NCBI GenBank assembly: GCA_002633005.1
Contig: NMRA01000547.1
Span: forward strand, 73,561 to 137,560
DNA: 64,000 bases
Origin: Phoronis australis
Lineage: Eukaryota; Animalia; Phoronida
Direction: 5' to 3'
Below, piece after piece: positions 53,501 through 62,145 of the stretch. A program made the translations under genes and the position numbers. Under the pieces are notes generated by a model. The model saw only the letters and a program-made list of their open reading frames with translations. It searched no databases and was not told where the DNA came from. The number at the start of each line of letters is the position of its first letter. The stretch's first letter is position 1.

Positions 53501-56500
53501 GTTTCAAGGAATAACAAACAGTTATTTCTTTGCAAACCTAGGAATCCCTTCTCATCCGAGTAAAGGACAGACAAGTTGAAACCAACTTTGAAGTAAGCAG
53601 TCTAAATCAAAAGTTGACATCATGGACTGAATAATGTTTTATAGCTGCTATAAGTTTTGTAAAATTACATTACAATGCTTTATGAAATCAAATGAAGCCA
53701 AATTATAAGATGGGAAATATTTACTAACAACCTCACTCGGGTAGAAACCCAACCATTGCAGGAAAACAGTTTTATATTTACTTAGTTGAATACTGTCTCA
53801 AAAAACATCTGAGAATTTTCTTTTCCTCAATTCAAACCGTTCTTCAATGATATTCTCGCCATGCTGCCCAGACATCCCAGTCTCCTGAGTCAAAGGACAC
53901 CTTTGCCACACCAACACCACTCACCTCAGAGAAGTCCCCATTGGTCATGTGTATTCTTGCCATACTATCCAGCCATGTCTTCCTTAGCTCTGGTGTGCTG
54001 GCATATGACTTGGCCAGACTGTACTGGAGGTCCACCAGCATCTCTGGGTCATTCTTGTGTTCTTCCATCTGTGCCGTCGCCATCAGTACTGTGCGAATAC
54101 GCTTTGTCAGGTCCTTTACCTCCACTGGGAAACTAGTCCGCTGCAGGAAACAATTAAAAAATTACAATAAATAACAGTCGTGGGCAAAAGCCGCCGTATG
54201 GTAACATAGATAAAAATGGGCAAAACCAATTGACTAAATCCAGGTCCGATCTCAAAATATTTGTCCCGAATGCCATTAACCATTGGAACGTACATCGTCT
54301 GCCAAAGTACCTTGCAGACCTTAATGAAAATTAGTGACAAAATGGCAGTGCACCAATAAAAATACTCGCTTTGTTTCTTTCAAATTTCCTATTACAAAAT
54401 ACGTAACTATCACCGAAAACTTTCATATGGATTGGTAAGCACTAAAAACAACCATAGACCCAAGTCATTTATCAGCAGACATTTCACAGACACGCTTTCT
54501 TGTGTAGCAGGCATAAATTCGAGTGTCTCCACTTCTGTGACTTCGTCACTACGCATAGAATTTTGTGATAGGGTTCAAATCACAGCCTAGATACTTCTTC
54601 ACTGATTTGGTCATGGGATGTTGTTCTGAATTGTCTTACTTATGTAGCATACATTCTGTGACCTGCTTGAGCACACAACATTTAGGCCACAACTTTGTCA
54701 GGCACTGGATAATAATTTCATAAATGGCTTCACCAGCACATGATTATGTGAAAAAACAACTTATGATTTAGGCCACTAATCGTTATAAAAACAGTTCCAC
54801 CTCATTCCCACCTCACTTCAGAAACCATCTCTGGGCTCGAGAAGAACTGTCAGTTCGCTGTTGCCTCAGACGAGGGTCAAAACCTTTCAGGTCAAGGTGT
54901 GAACATTTCAGCTCAGAAGTTGAAAATTAAACATACTGACAAGTTGGATTAATCTAGGTGAACTTGTATGGTCACAAAAACACATTTCTGTATTCGCCCT
55001 AATAAGCGCCCAGGGTGCTTAGAAAAAATCGTTGCAGGGAAGGAGGGTGCTTATTATAGCCTAAGGCGGTTGAAACCCGGTCTCTGAAGCGGGTGAAATT
55101 TGGAAGCTAGGACTCATCAAATTTACGCTCTGCGACGTATCTGTAACCTATGAGAGACTTTCTACAAAAATGTGATGGATTGCTATCAAACTTTGTTGTT
55201 AAACTAAGATCCTTTTTCGGAAAATTGTGCGGAAATTCCAGGGCTTAATTTCGCCGACTGATGCGTCACTGTCTCGCGATCGTCGATAGGGCAACTTGAA
55301 TTCTTGAAACAAATAAAGTTTTGACTCTATAAATTACCTGAAATCCTTCTTAAGTTTTCCAAATAGCATCCCTAAGATTTTCAAAGTTCCTGTGGAGTCA
55401 GGATTAACCGCAAATTAAGTCCAAATCTGCGCTAGATCGCAACCCGCAACACAAGAAAAATCTGGACGAACACACGTTGCTGTCATGTGACGTTTGTTTC
55501 GAATTTCATCAGCGTGTGTGTGCCGAGCAAGCGATCGCGTGCGTGTCGTCAGAGTTCATTTGCCAGAGTAGCAACCTACATGTATGTAGTATGTGCTTCC
55601 TGGCCACGTGCTTTTAACACTGATTTTCGTGTGTACAAAGAAATCTGGATTCCTGTTGATGGAGAAGATCTGTACGGGAAAGATACAATACAATACAATA
55701 CAATCCCGTTGCCAATATACTGTGTCTGTTCTGAAAGGCCAGACCATAGAGCGACAAATTCTTTGCAAGATCAGCAAAACTTCTGCGTTCTTTTTGAAGC
55801 ACTGTGGAAGTTTGAAGTGTAGATTTTTTCAGGAGTGTCGGATATTATTGATAAATTGAAGACGTTACTATAGAATTTTAGAACTGTAGGTAAGGCATTT
55901 TTCACATGTATACATGTTCATGAGCTAGGCGCTTACTTTAGCAAAGTCTGAAAATGTGGGGGGTGCTCATAGGGGTATGGGCGCTAATTAGGGCGAATAC
56001 AGTACCATCTGCTAGGTATTCCAGCTAGGGGGTTGCTTAGAGTTTTTCCCAAAGTTCTAGTTGGTCTGTGACTGTGACCGGATGTGTGAGATGGATTGTA
56101 ATCTGAACACTGGGGTTGGACTTTCTAATGTTTTGTTTATATACTTTCAAAGTACTGAGCGGTTATTTTTGTTAATGTGGTGGGCATTTGCAACAATGTG
56201 GACAGCTATTGCATGGAACTTGACTGAAATTATTTGTTGGAGGCTGTGGAACATGTGAGGACGGCTTGGTGATGAAGACTGAAGATGCCACAAGTTTCAA
56301 GTGTTGGAGCTGGCATTACAACCCAGTCTTCGTCCCCTGTTTTGTGTAACTTGTCAAAATGTTTGTAAATAATGTAAATGGATGTGAATATTATACAGGA
56401 TAACTGGAAGAGTGGTTATTTTCATTTATATTACAGTAACACCACCCTAATTCTGGCATCAGATCTCTCAGTCTATTCATAGTTGACAGTGAATGTTTTA

Positions 56501-58611
56501 TAAGAAATGATGGTCAGTTATTTGTTGTCAATTGTTCATGCCGTGAATAAAACGCTTACACGAAAGTCACGCATTTGTAAAGAAGTGCGCGACTTTTCAC
56601 CGCTCGTCCTTCAGAGCGGCTTTTAGCGGGATCAAAGAGAGCGCGGCGCCAGAATCGGACTCGGTTGCGATGACCACATTGTCCGGTGCGATCAAGACCC
56701 AATTAAGTGTTATTACCCCATTATAACTTGTAGTAACCATCTCTGCCTGTACATACTGGCGAATTTTCAAAATGTATTAACCAACAGTTTTCGATAGAAG
56801 CAAATACCACAGCTGTATTCAGATGGAAAAAAACAACCAAGTTTGGTTTTTGATTTTTAAAAATCGATAAACTATTAAGCTAAAACTACAAACATTGGGT
56901 ACAATTAAAGATAAACGACTGTGCATATTGATATACTTGGTGATTTACAAACGCTTATCAGAGTTAACAATATCACGTGGATTATTCTTTCAATATACAA
57001 CTATTAGCTACATTGAATCATCTATGAACAACACACAGTGACTAAATTAAATGTCAGTAATTTCTAAAACATCGCTTATGGTCCAGTGCATTCCGAACTA
57101 CTTTACTGCAGGGGTGGTACACTAACCGGAAAACTGCTATTCCCGGAAATGCGGCAATTTCGATAGTTAGCTTGTAGTTATTATGGAACACCTGTGAAGA
57201 CAACTAAGATGGCTAGCTTTGTAGTCAACAAGAGAGTGCAAGCAGTGGATGAGGTTGGTCGGTGGGCAAGAGCTGTGAATTAATTTTTTATGACTGAGGA
57301 AAAGCTAGAATAGTTATGAAGTTACTGCAACCAGAATTGTCCAGAGGTTCCAAATCTTCAGTTTGGCTATCACCATATTTGCACATTTGTATATATTTTA
57401 TGATTTTAGAACTAATGGCATGTGTAGCTTTGTTTGCTGTGACATGTTTGGTGTACCTGTAATCTGGAAAATTTAGGGATGGGTTCACAATTAACTGACT
57501 TCTAAGTTGTTTTGGTGTTTGGTTAAACACAAAATAAAAAATAGCAACCCTAACCGGTAAGAAAAAAGCAAGTAGACAGGAGTATTAAAATAAAGCAATG
57601 AAAACACATATGAAACATATTTAAAACCAACGTTCCTTTGGGAAGTGGCCCTTTGTCAAGATCAACCCAAATCAAATTTTTAGTCTTTTTGTAAAATTTA
57701 AATGTACCCACTTAAAACTGCTCTCCATATTGCAGGCTTTAGCTATGTGCAAACTCCAGAGAAAAACAATTTGATTGTAATAAGGACCGCCATTGTTAAG
57801 AAAGTAGTGCTAGGGATTACTTTTCAACTTCATTAGCTCAGATCTACATCAATACAAAGGGCGTGTTGAATAGAGGTGGTAAATGTTGTCTGGGGCTTAG
57901 GGACTCAGAGGGGTAACCAGTGTAAGCGAGAAATTCTTCATGTTTAAAATGTTGGGCAACCACTGTGCATACCTGAACACTTTTGTCATTGCTGGCGTAA
58001 CTGTTAACCATAGCCAGACTGTTCTGGAACCTGGTGCTGGACAGCCCCCGTTCATCACTGATCAATTGGGACACCGCGATGATGATCTAAAGAACACAGA
58101 ATCTAAGAGATTACCACACACACGAGAGTTTACACTCTGCAAAATGGTTAAGTACGATAACGAACGTAATACAAATTTAATTTTACTTCTCTCGTTTAGC
58201 TACAATTTCAAACAATATTCAAGCAGGAAATTGCATCACACAGATTGTTATTACAATGGAAAAATAGAGTTTTCATTAAATTTGAATTCATCATTTTATG
58301 CAAGATCTTAAAAGACAGCATCAAAAAACTAAAGCAATCCAGAATCCGGAAATAATGTTCAGTTAGCCTTAAACATAGGACGATAGCCAATCTACTACTC
58401 CAGCAACAATAGTGTAAGTATGTCGGCTGCAATAATAACAGCTTTTGTTGCAATAGTAACAAATATGTCAGCACTACATCATTACCTGCAGGTGAACCCT
58501 GGTGAAGCCTTTTTTTTTCATGTATTCAAAATTACTCCTCATCAGTAGGTAAATCAATGTGCATGCCTCGTCCCTTATTCCAGGCAGACGGGAGTTGCAA
58601 CAGCGAAGAAT
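20215..58611 (-). CDS. DOCK9: DOCK-D family (DOCK9/10/11, zizimin-like) Cdc42 guanine nucleotide exchange factor, 3' part; 13 exons, 5' end outside window
   Basis: Exons 58486-58611, 57973-58086, 53925-54140, 49559-49616, 38318-38427, 37807-37929, 35307-35420, 34096-34242, 30065-30278, 28511-28701, 25577-25677, 24692-24830 and 20215-20331 all have AG/GT borders and compatible phases. They sum to 1770 nt with no internal stop. The translation is collinear with the recalled vertebrate DOCK9 C-terminus ([55 protein letters not shown]). Probably a single invertebrate co-orthologue of DOCK9/10/11. Confidence 0.96.
20781..22636 (+). mobile_element. older HINE-like copy (interrupted around 22100-22480)
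   Basis: AACAAGAGCA start, degenerate ~150-bp units, end gacatgacagcattatgcacc...gtgcataaaa. Confidence 0.6.
23400..24072. mobile_element. tRNA-derived repeat cluster: two tandem minus-strand units plus one inverted plus-strand unit
   Basis: A box TGGCTCAGTGG and B box GGTTCGAGT(C/T)CC in each unit (about 23522-23597 minus, 23755-23827 minus, 23925-23998 plus); shared tail ending aactatttccaca. Confidence 0.8.
24692..24830 (-). CDS. DOCK9: DOCK-D exon (139 nt, 2-0) [47 protein letters not shown]
   Basis: ttctag acceptor, gtaat donor; matches [31 protein letters not shown]. Confidence 0.94.
25577..25677 (-). CDS. DOCK9: DOCK-D exon (101 nt, 0-2) [33 protein letters not shown]; first codon corresponds to the DHR-2 nucleotide-sensor Val
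   Basis: tttcag acceptor, gtatt donor; VNAGPLAYA motif. Confidence 0.96.
26905..28450 (+). mobile_element. young HINE-like copy with ~450-bp higher-order tandem units
   Basis: aagatcctgc at 26981, 27431 and 27882; (GGAC)n microsatellite, GAGATGACGGCA and hairpin ATGCGTCCACATAT-AA-ATATGTGGGCGCAT at 28417-28446; left boundary approximate. Confidence 0.8.
28511..28701 (-). CDS. DOCK9: DOCK-D exon (191 nt, 1-0) [14 protein letters not shown]...[18 protein letters not shown]...[13 protein letters not shown]
   Basis: aacag acceptor, gtagg donor; FPYVKKR and [12 protein letters not shown] motifs. Confidence 0.96.
29258..29335 (+). mobile_element. tRNA-derived SINE head (truncated)
   Basis: A box-like CGTCTAGTGG and B box-like GGTTCAAAGCC at tRNA spacing. 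Confidence 0.45.
29400..29906. mobile_element. Tc1/mariner-pogo-like MITE fragment, right end
   Basis: Ends ggcgcttatgtgagcatgggcattaagtcgaatgtctacag|ta, like the termini at 1134 and 56002; left boundary approximate. Confidence 0.4.
30065..30278 (-). CDS. DOCK9: DOCK-D exon (214 nt, 0-1) [24 protein letters not shown]...[31 protein letters not shown]
   Basis: ttaag acceptor, gtatg donor; AYIQVT and EEQxKRR motifs. Confidence 0.96.
30620..31720 (-). mobile_element. decayed element with coding-like relics; paralogous copy at 59945-62145
   Basis: Collinear direct repeat of 59945-60014 plus 61012-62145; carries the empty site of the hAT-like insertion (cagtatcaatg near 30676). Confidence 0.7.
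32317..33804 (+). mobile_element. Kolobok-like non-autonomous element (TTAA target), containing a nested CAT-TIR MITE
   Basis: AGGAGAATGCCACCC...GGGTGGCATTCTCCT perfect 15-bp TIR; flanks ttag/ttaa; inverted copy at 41584-42760. Confidence 0.75.
33218..33738 (+). mobile_element. CAT-TIR MITE family copy 2, nested in the Kolobok-like element
   Basis: Absent from the paralogous Kolobok copy at about 41650; collinear with 15353-15871. Confidence 0.7.
34096..34242 (-). CDS. DOCK9: DOCK-D exon (147 nt, 0-0) [49 protein letters not shown]
   Basis: tttcag acceptor, gtagg donor; DHR-2 lobe B motif [12 protein letters not shown]. Confidence 0.96.
34446..34972 (+). mobile_element. CAT-TIR MITE family copy 3
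   Basis: CATTACAGCGTTC...GATGTCGCTGTCATG; collinear with the other two copies. Confidence 0.7.
35307..35420 (-). CDS. DOCK9: DOCK-D exon (114 nt, 0-0) [38 protein letters not shown]
   Basis: ttccag acceptor, gtact donor; matches [20 protein letters not shown]. Confidence 0.95.
36150..37117 (+). mobile_element. 5'-truncated Penelope-like retroelement relic (RT C-terminal part + GIY-YIG endonuclease)
   Basis: [13 protein letters not shown]...[28 protein letters not shown]...LVNNGY, then [12 protein letters not shown]...[25 protein letters not shown]...[16 protein letters not shown]; frameshifts and an in-frame TAA. Confidence 0.88.
37200..37715 (+). mobile_element. HINE-like 3' fragment whose terminal hairpin is expanded by (TG)n
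   Basis: ggccactaggaagtgc, cagacagatggaca, gtgatgacaatatg...(tg)n...gcataa. Confidence 0.5.
37807..37929 (-). CDS. DOCK9: DOCK-D exon (123 nt, 0-0) [41 protein letters not shown]
   Basis: aag acceptor, gtatg donor; matches [26 protein letters not shown]. Confidence 0.93.
38318..38427 (-). CDS. DOCK9: DOCK-D exon (110 nt, 1-0) [37 protein letters not shown]
   Basis: ttag acceptor, gtgag donor; matches QGCTAFRVITPNIDEE...GMQDV. Confidence 0.93.
41473..41503. repeat. (AT)n microsatellite
   Basis: About 15 AT units followed by degenerate TG/TA. Confidence 0.9.
41584..42760 (-). mobile_element. Kolobok-like copy 2, inverted, one end truncated
   Basis: TTAA|AGGAGAATGCCACCCGA start; reverse complement of 32355-33804 without the nested MITE. 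Confidence 0.75.
44596..47772 (+). mobile_element. cluster of HINE-like copies: older 44596-46198, younger 46199-47389, plus a further 3' end to 47772
   Basis: Two AACAA starts (44596, 46199), many ~150-bp units, end ggacagacagagatgacggcaatgtacacccacagataaatatctgggcgcataaaaa. Confidence 0.7.
48495..48585 (-). mobile_element. small Penelope-like linker fragment
   Basis: Reads [17 protein letters not shown], resembling the PLE xxIPYVxGxSE motif. Confidence 0.35.
49559..49616 (-). CDS. DOCK9: DOCK-D exon (58 nt, 0-1) [19 protein letters not shown]
   Basis: poly-T ccag acceptor, gtaag donor; matches AAMCYVHVTALVAEYL. Confidence 0.93.
50825..51395 (-). mobile_element. partial inverted copy of the Tc1/mariner-pogo-like MITE at 54988-56002
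   Basis: Ends GAGGGCGAATACGG|TA; reverse complement of 54988-55575 (roughly 80% by eye). Confidence 0.75.
51520..53130 (+). mobile_element. Gmr1-type Gypsy LTR-retrotransposon relic (integrase upstream of RT/RNase H), interrupted by a piggyBac relic
   Basis: KTWYDK...[13 protein letters not shown]...LQARFYGP...[24 protein letters not shown] (integrase C-terminus), then [16 protein letters not shown] (RT start), then ALQHFGAYI...TDHNPLVFL...[25 protein letters not shown] (RNase H end). Confidence 0.85.
51965..52877 (-). mobile_element. internally deleted piggyBac-like element
   Basis: TTAA|CCCGTATCC terminus at 52877; acidic N-terminus [20 protein letters not shown]; C-terminal Cys-rich remnant [12 protein letters not shown]; AATAAA; other TIR not seen. 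Confidence 0.6.
53925..54140 (-). CDS. DOCK9: DOCK-D exon (216 nt, 0-0) [25 protein letters not shown]...[28 protein letters not shown]; start of DHR-2 region
   Basis: ctgcag acceptor, gtgag donor; near-identical to the recalled DOCK9 segment. Confidence 0.97.
54988..56002 (+). mobile_element. Tc1/mariner-pogo-like MITE, complete
   Basis: TIR CTGTATTCGCCCTAAT(A/T)AGCGCCC (23/24 identical), TA on the right flank. Confidence 0.8.
56540..56995. repeat. inverted copy of the repeat at 10085-10545
   Basis: Reverse-complement match. Confidence 0.7.
57973..58086 (-). CDS. DOCK9: DOCK-D exon (114 nt, 0-0) [38 protein letters not shown]
   Basis: tttag acceptor, gtatg donor; matches VIISVSQLI...TRFQQSL. 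Confidence 0.93.
58486..58611 (-). CDS. DOCK9: DOCK-D exon (126 nt, phase 0-0) [42 protein letters not shown]
   Basis: ttcag acceptor, gtaat donor; matches recalled DOCK9 ILKCCNSKL...FVRTHLQ; not in the ORF track. Confidence 0.93.
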
Positions 58612-58633
58612 CTGAAAGTTGATTGCTACTTAA

Positions 58634-58962
58634 AGCTCTATCAACCCACGTTCTGTTGACATTTTTTATTTAAACCCCTTACAGTCATGAAATTCATCTC
58701 AGCTTTTTTCTGATATGAGAAGTGATTTTTGGTTTTCAAAAGAACTGACAGTTAGTTATTGCTGGATACCATACTCAGCAAATAAAATGACATGTCGTAA
58801 CATGTCATCATGCAGAGACTGGTCTTGAGCAATAACGAACTGTCAGTTCTATCAAAGACTAAAATCTCAGCTATTTTGACTAAGAAACAATTTTAGTACA
58901 ATTTCATCATCACAGCAAGTGGTCTAAATCATTTTTTGTGAAGGAAGGGGTTCATAGCCGCT
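58634..58962. mobile_element. small palindromic TTAA-flanked (Kolobok-like) MITE; related fragments near 53440-53620 and 54835-54950
   Basis: ttaa|agctctatcaaccc...gggttcatagccgct|ttaa; internal agaactgacagtt/aactgtcagttct inverted repeat. Confidence 0.5.
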
Positions 58963-59369
58963 TTAACAAAATATCTGTTAGTAGTATTATGATAAATTCA
59001 TGGTTACCAAGAACACGATGGACTTGTTAAGAAGATTGAATTTCACACGTTCACTCAATCGCTCATATGCTCATTTGCTAACTGAGCTGCAGAAGTGAAA
59101 CAAAATCATGCTGAGAGCAACAGGCACCCAAACACAAAAACGTTTGCGCATAAAAAAAGGAAATGAACAACAGGGTAATCTTCTAGAGGTGTTCTCAGTT
59201 TCATACAAGGTACAAGGAGATAGTCAGAACTGACAAATAAGTGTTAGTACCTCACCATTTAAAACTAAAGTCAAAACATCAACCTTTGCAACAAAAAAAA
59301 AACACCATGAAGGGACACAGCACTAGACATCCAAAAAATAATATGTCTAGTATACTTCTTTTCATGAAG

Positions 59370-59900
59370 AACAGTCGCAAGGTTTGGCAGAAACAAAGAT
59401 AGACACAAAACGACATAGGAGGCACAGCAGTAGTCGGGTCTGAGTCTGATACTACTCAACAGCTGTCAGTTTCATAAGAACACGTCGGCAAAAACTCATT
59501 ACCATCCTGCAAGGGGTTTAGGAGATAGAGCAACAGACTCTAGACACAGCGGATTTCGGAAAGAGATGACGGCAACATACAATCATATAATGTGAATATG
59601 TGTGAATACATAAACTGAAATTGTCATTGGGGACTACAGCAGTAGCTAAATTTGTCCAAATACTCGCTCATTCTATTCCATCTATGATAGGAAGATGTCT
59701 ACTAAATTTCGCCAACATCCATCGAGGGTTTAGACATATGGTACCAAATGCTGAGTGGACAGCCAAAAAGAACGAAGGACAGAGATGATGTCATTTTAAT
59801 GCGCCTAAACACATAAACATAAAGATCAACTGAGGAACTTGGCAGATATTGAAGCAAATGCAAAACACTAAGACTGTTACTAGGTGGCACAGCACAAACT
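59370..59900 (+). mobile_element. HINE-like 3' fragments
   Basis: atcctgcaaggggtttaggagata, gagatgacggcaa and gacagagatgatg motifs. Confidence 0.55.
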
Positions 59901-59944
59901 GATCAGGGGCTGAATGTAAATCTGGAAGTTCATCAAGTAACGAT

Positions 59945-62145
59945 GATTATTTATACATTGTTTGAAACTGCCGCCGGTGTAATGTATTGACTGATGTTGC
60001 AGTCCACAGTTATCCATAGGGGGGCCCAGAGGGCCCGGCCCCCCCCTTGGCTGCCGCAAGAAAATAAAACAGTAAGAGCGTAGGGAAATGTTGAGTTTAT
60101 TAATTAACCCCGGTAATTAAAATTATACGGATGAAAAAAAGATTTAAATGAGTGCAGTTTTAGTGTTGGGGGGGGGGCTCAAATCCAATTTCAAGTGTCA
60201 AATTCGGAACACGGCGCATTCGTAACGGAACTATGGCTAGGTATAGGCTCTCCCGCGATATCCCAGGCGACCGGCAATGGCACTGCGCACTACGACTCCG
60301 TTTCCATCGTCTGCTCCACTGTGCAATGAAGAAAACTTACTTCATTTTCAAAGAAAATGGAACCTGAGTGACGATGAAAAAACAGAAGCTGCTGGTAAGA
60401 TGTGAATTTTAATCGAAGCCTTAGTGAATCACTCAGAAACTCGCAATACTCTCTTTGTCAAACCTTATCTTAAGACGATTTCTAAAGCAATCCCGTCATT
60501 ATTGCCAAAGCGAAAAACGGATTTGGTCTTTTGGGCATTTGAAGACTATTTTAAATACGACAATTTGTTAAGAATCGATGGCACAAAATATAAAACGTGT
60601 AATAAGTATTACAAAAAGGAGTAGGTTTCGCGCGCAAACGCTGTGGACCATAGGTCTCTTAGTAAGAGATTAGTAGTTAAATCGTGGTGGTGTAGTGGTA
60701 ACGCACGCACGCTCTATCTGCCAGGTCGTGAGTTCGAGTCTTTGATACTTGCAGTTTTTCCTGTTTGACACGTTCTCCGTGTTTTTTTTTGCCTTTTTTC
60801 TTGGATAATACTTCAGGAATAAGGGAAAATGCCTGATTTTTAGAGGTAAAAACAGAAAAATTTCCTGGGCGGGAGGGGCAAACCCCCCTCCCGACCTCCC
60901 CCCATTCGGTGCTATGCGCATCTACAATCGTGGTTCAGTTTGCGCAAATGCTTACAGCCGAACAAAATCTTGGGCCCCCCCTTGTGATATCCTAGATCCA
61001 CCACTGTTATCGATGTGGATGGTTTAACAATGTGTACATCTCGCACGTTTTCTTGGCAGTTGTAATCACGGACTCAAACATTTGCCACACTTGATCACGG
61101 TTTCACTATGCAAATAAACTGTATGTTCTCCGACTTTCATGTAATTGCCACAGTGCCTTGCTTTGTATTTGGATTAACAGCTAATTAACAGGCACCAGTG
61201 ATGAGACTGTTAGTTTATCAAGTCAGATCCCAGGTTCACAGTTTCAATTTTTTTTCTGTGAACATGCAGCCCACTTACCTTTCTCCCGGCGCCCCAACTT
61301 TTGCCATACCATGCGCCCGAATCGGCAAAACCATGTTGTTCATTGCCAAGTTGAAACAGACTTTGTGAAAACCAAACATCCATGTCCTAGTTTGTTGTGC
61401 AGTATACGTTAAAAATGTTCATGTTGTAAATATATATTTATGTCTCCCTACTGACATTCTATTTACTACTTGCCTATTTCGTATTCTACATGATATGTTA
61501 GAGCTCTCTCGCACCAAGGTTAAGAATTTTGAAACCATCTAAAACCATTTAGTGTGAACCTATTAATCTTTAGTCAAAGTTGCTCTGACCCTACCCCAGT
61601 TCCTTTCATGGGTCATTTGACCCATGGCGTGTGCTTTGTAAAATGAAACCTGGTCCCGTAGCGGAGATCAGTCTAAATCTGCATACGCACATAAAAAATA
61701 TGTTGAATTTATTCACATGCGGACGGCACTGCTATCAGGCCAGACTCAACATACATAAACTTACAACACCAGTACCAGGAATGCAAGGGCCAAGATTGTC
61801 GGGATGAACTGTTTTAACGTAATTACCATCGAATAGCGTCGAAGTAGCAAACGCAATTGTAGCCGCTACTTGAACAGTTACTTGCGCGTGGTGGTGTTTT
61901 GCGGTTAGAACTACGTAAGCGCTACCTCCATTAAATTTTGATCTGGCCTACTCCTATGTTTCAGAATAACAATTCCAAACTTTTATTGATTGAATATACC
62001 CAGCCAGTCACATAAAGCAACAGTTCTATAATTGTCAAATAAACGCCTGGACACACAATACAGCTAGGACCATGGGGACCTTATTTACTCATGTATCTTA
62101 TTGGCAGGAACACTGTTTCGTTAAGGTCTGTTTAAGTGACAGGTG
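59945..62145 (-). mobile_element. second copy of the 30620-31720 element, split by a hAT-like insertion
   Basis: Collinearity with 30620-31720 resumes right after 61011. Confidence 0.7.
60015..61006 (-). mobile_element. hAT-like (5-bp TSD) element, copy 2
   Basis: CATAGG...GATCCACCACTG ends; perfect TTATC TSD (60010-60014 and 61007-61011); inverted copy of 13563-14484. Confidence 0.85.

Noticed and set aside
59250-59270. Possible DOCK micro-exon (ctttag...gtgag)
   Set aside because: No similarity to the expected upstream DOCK sequence; the next true exon probably lies beyond 64000.
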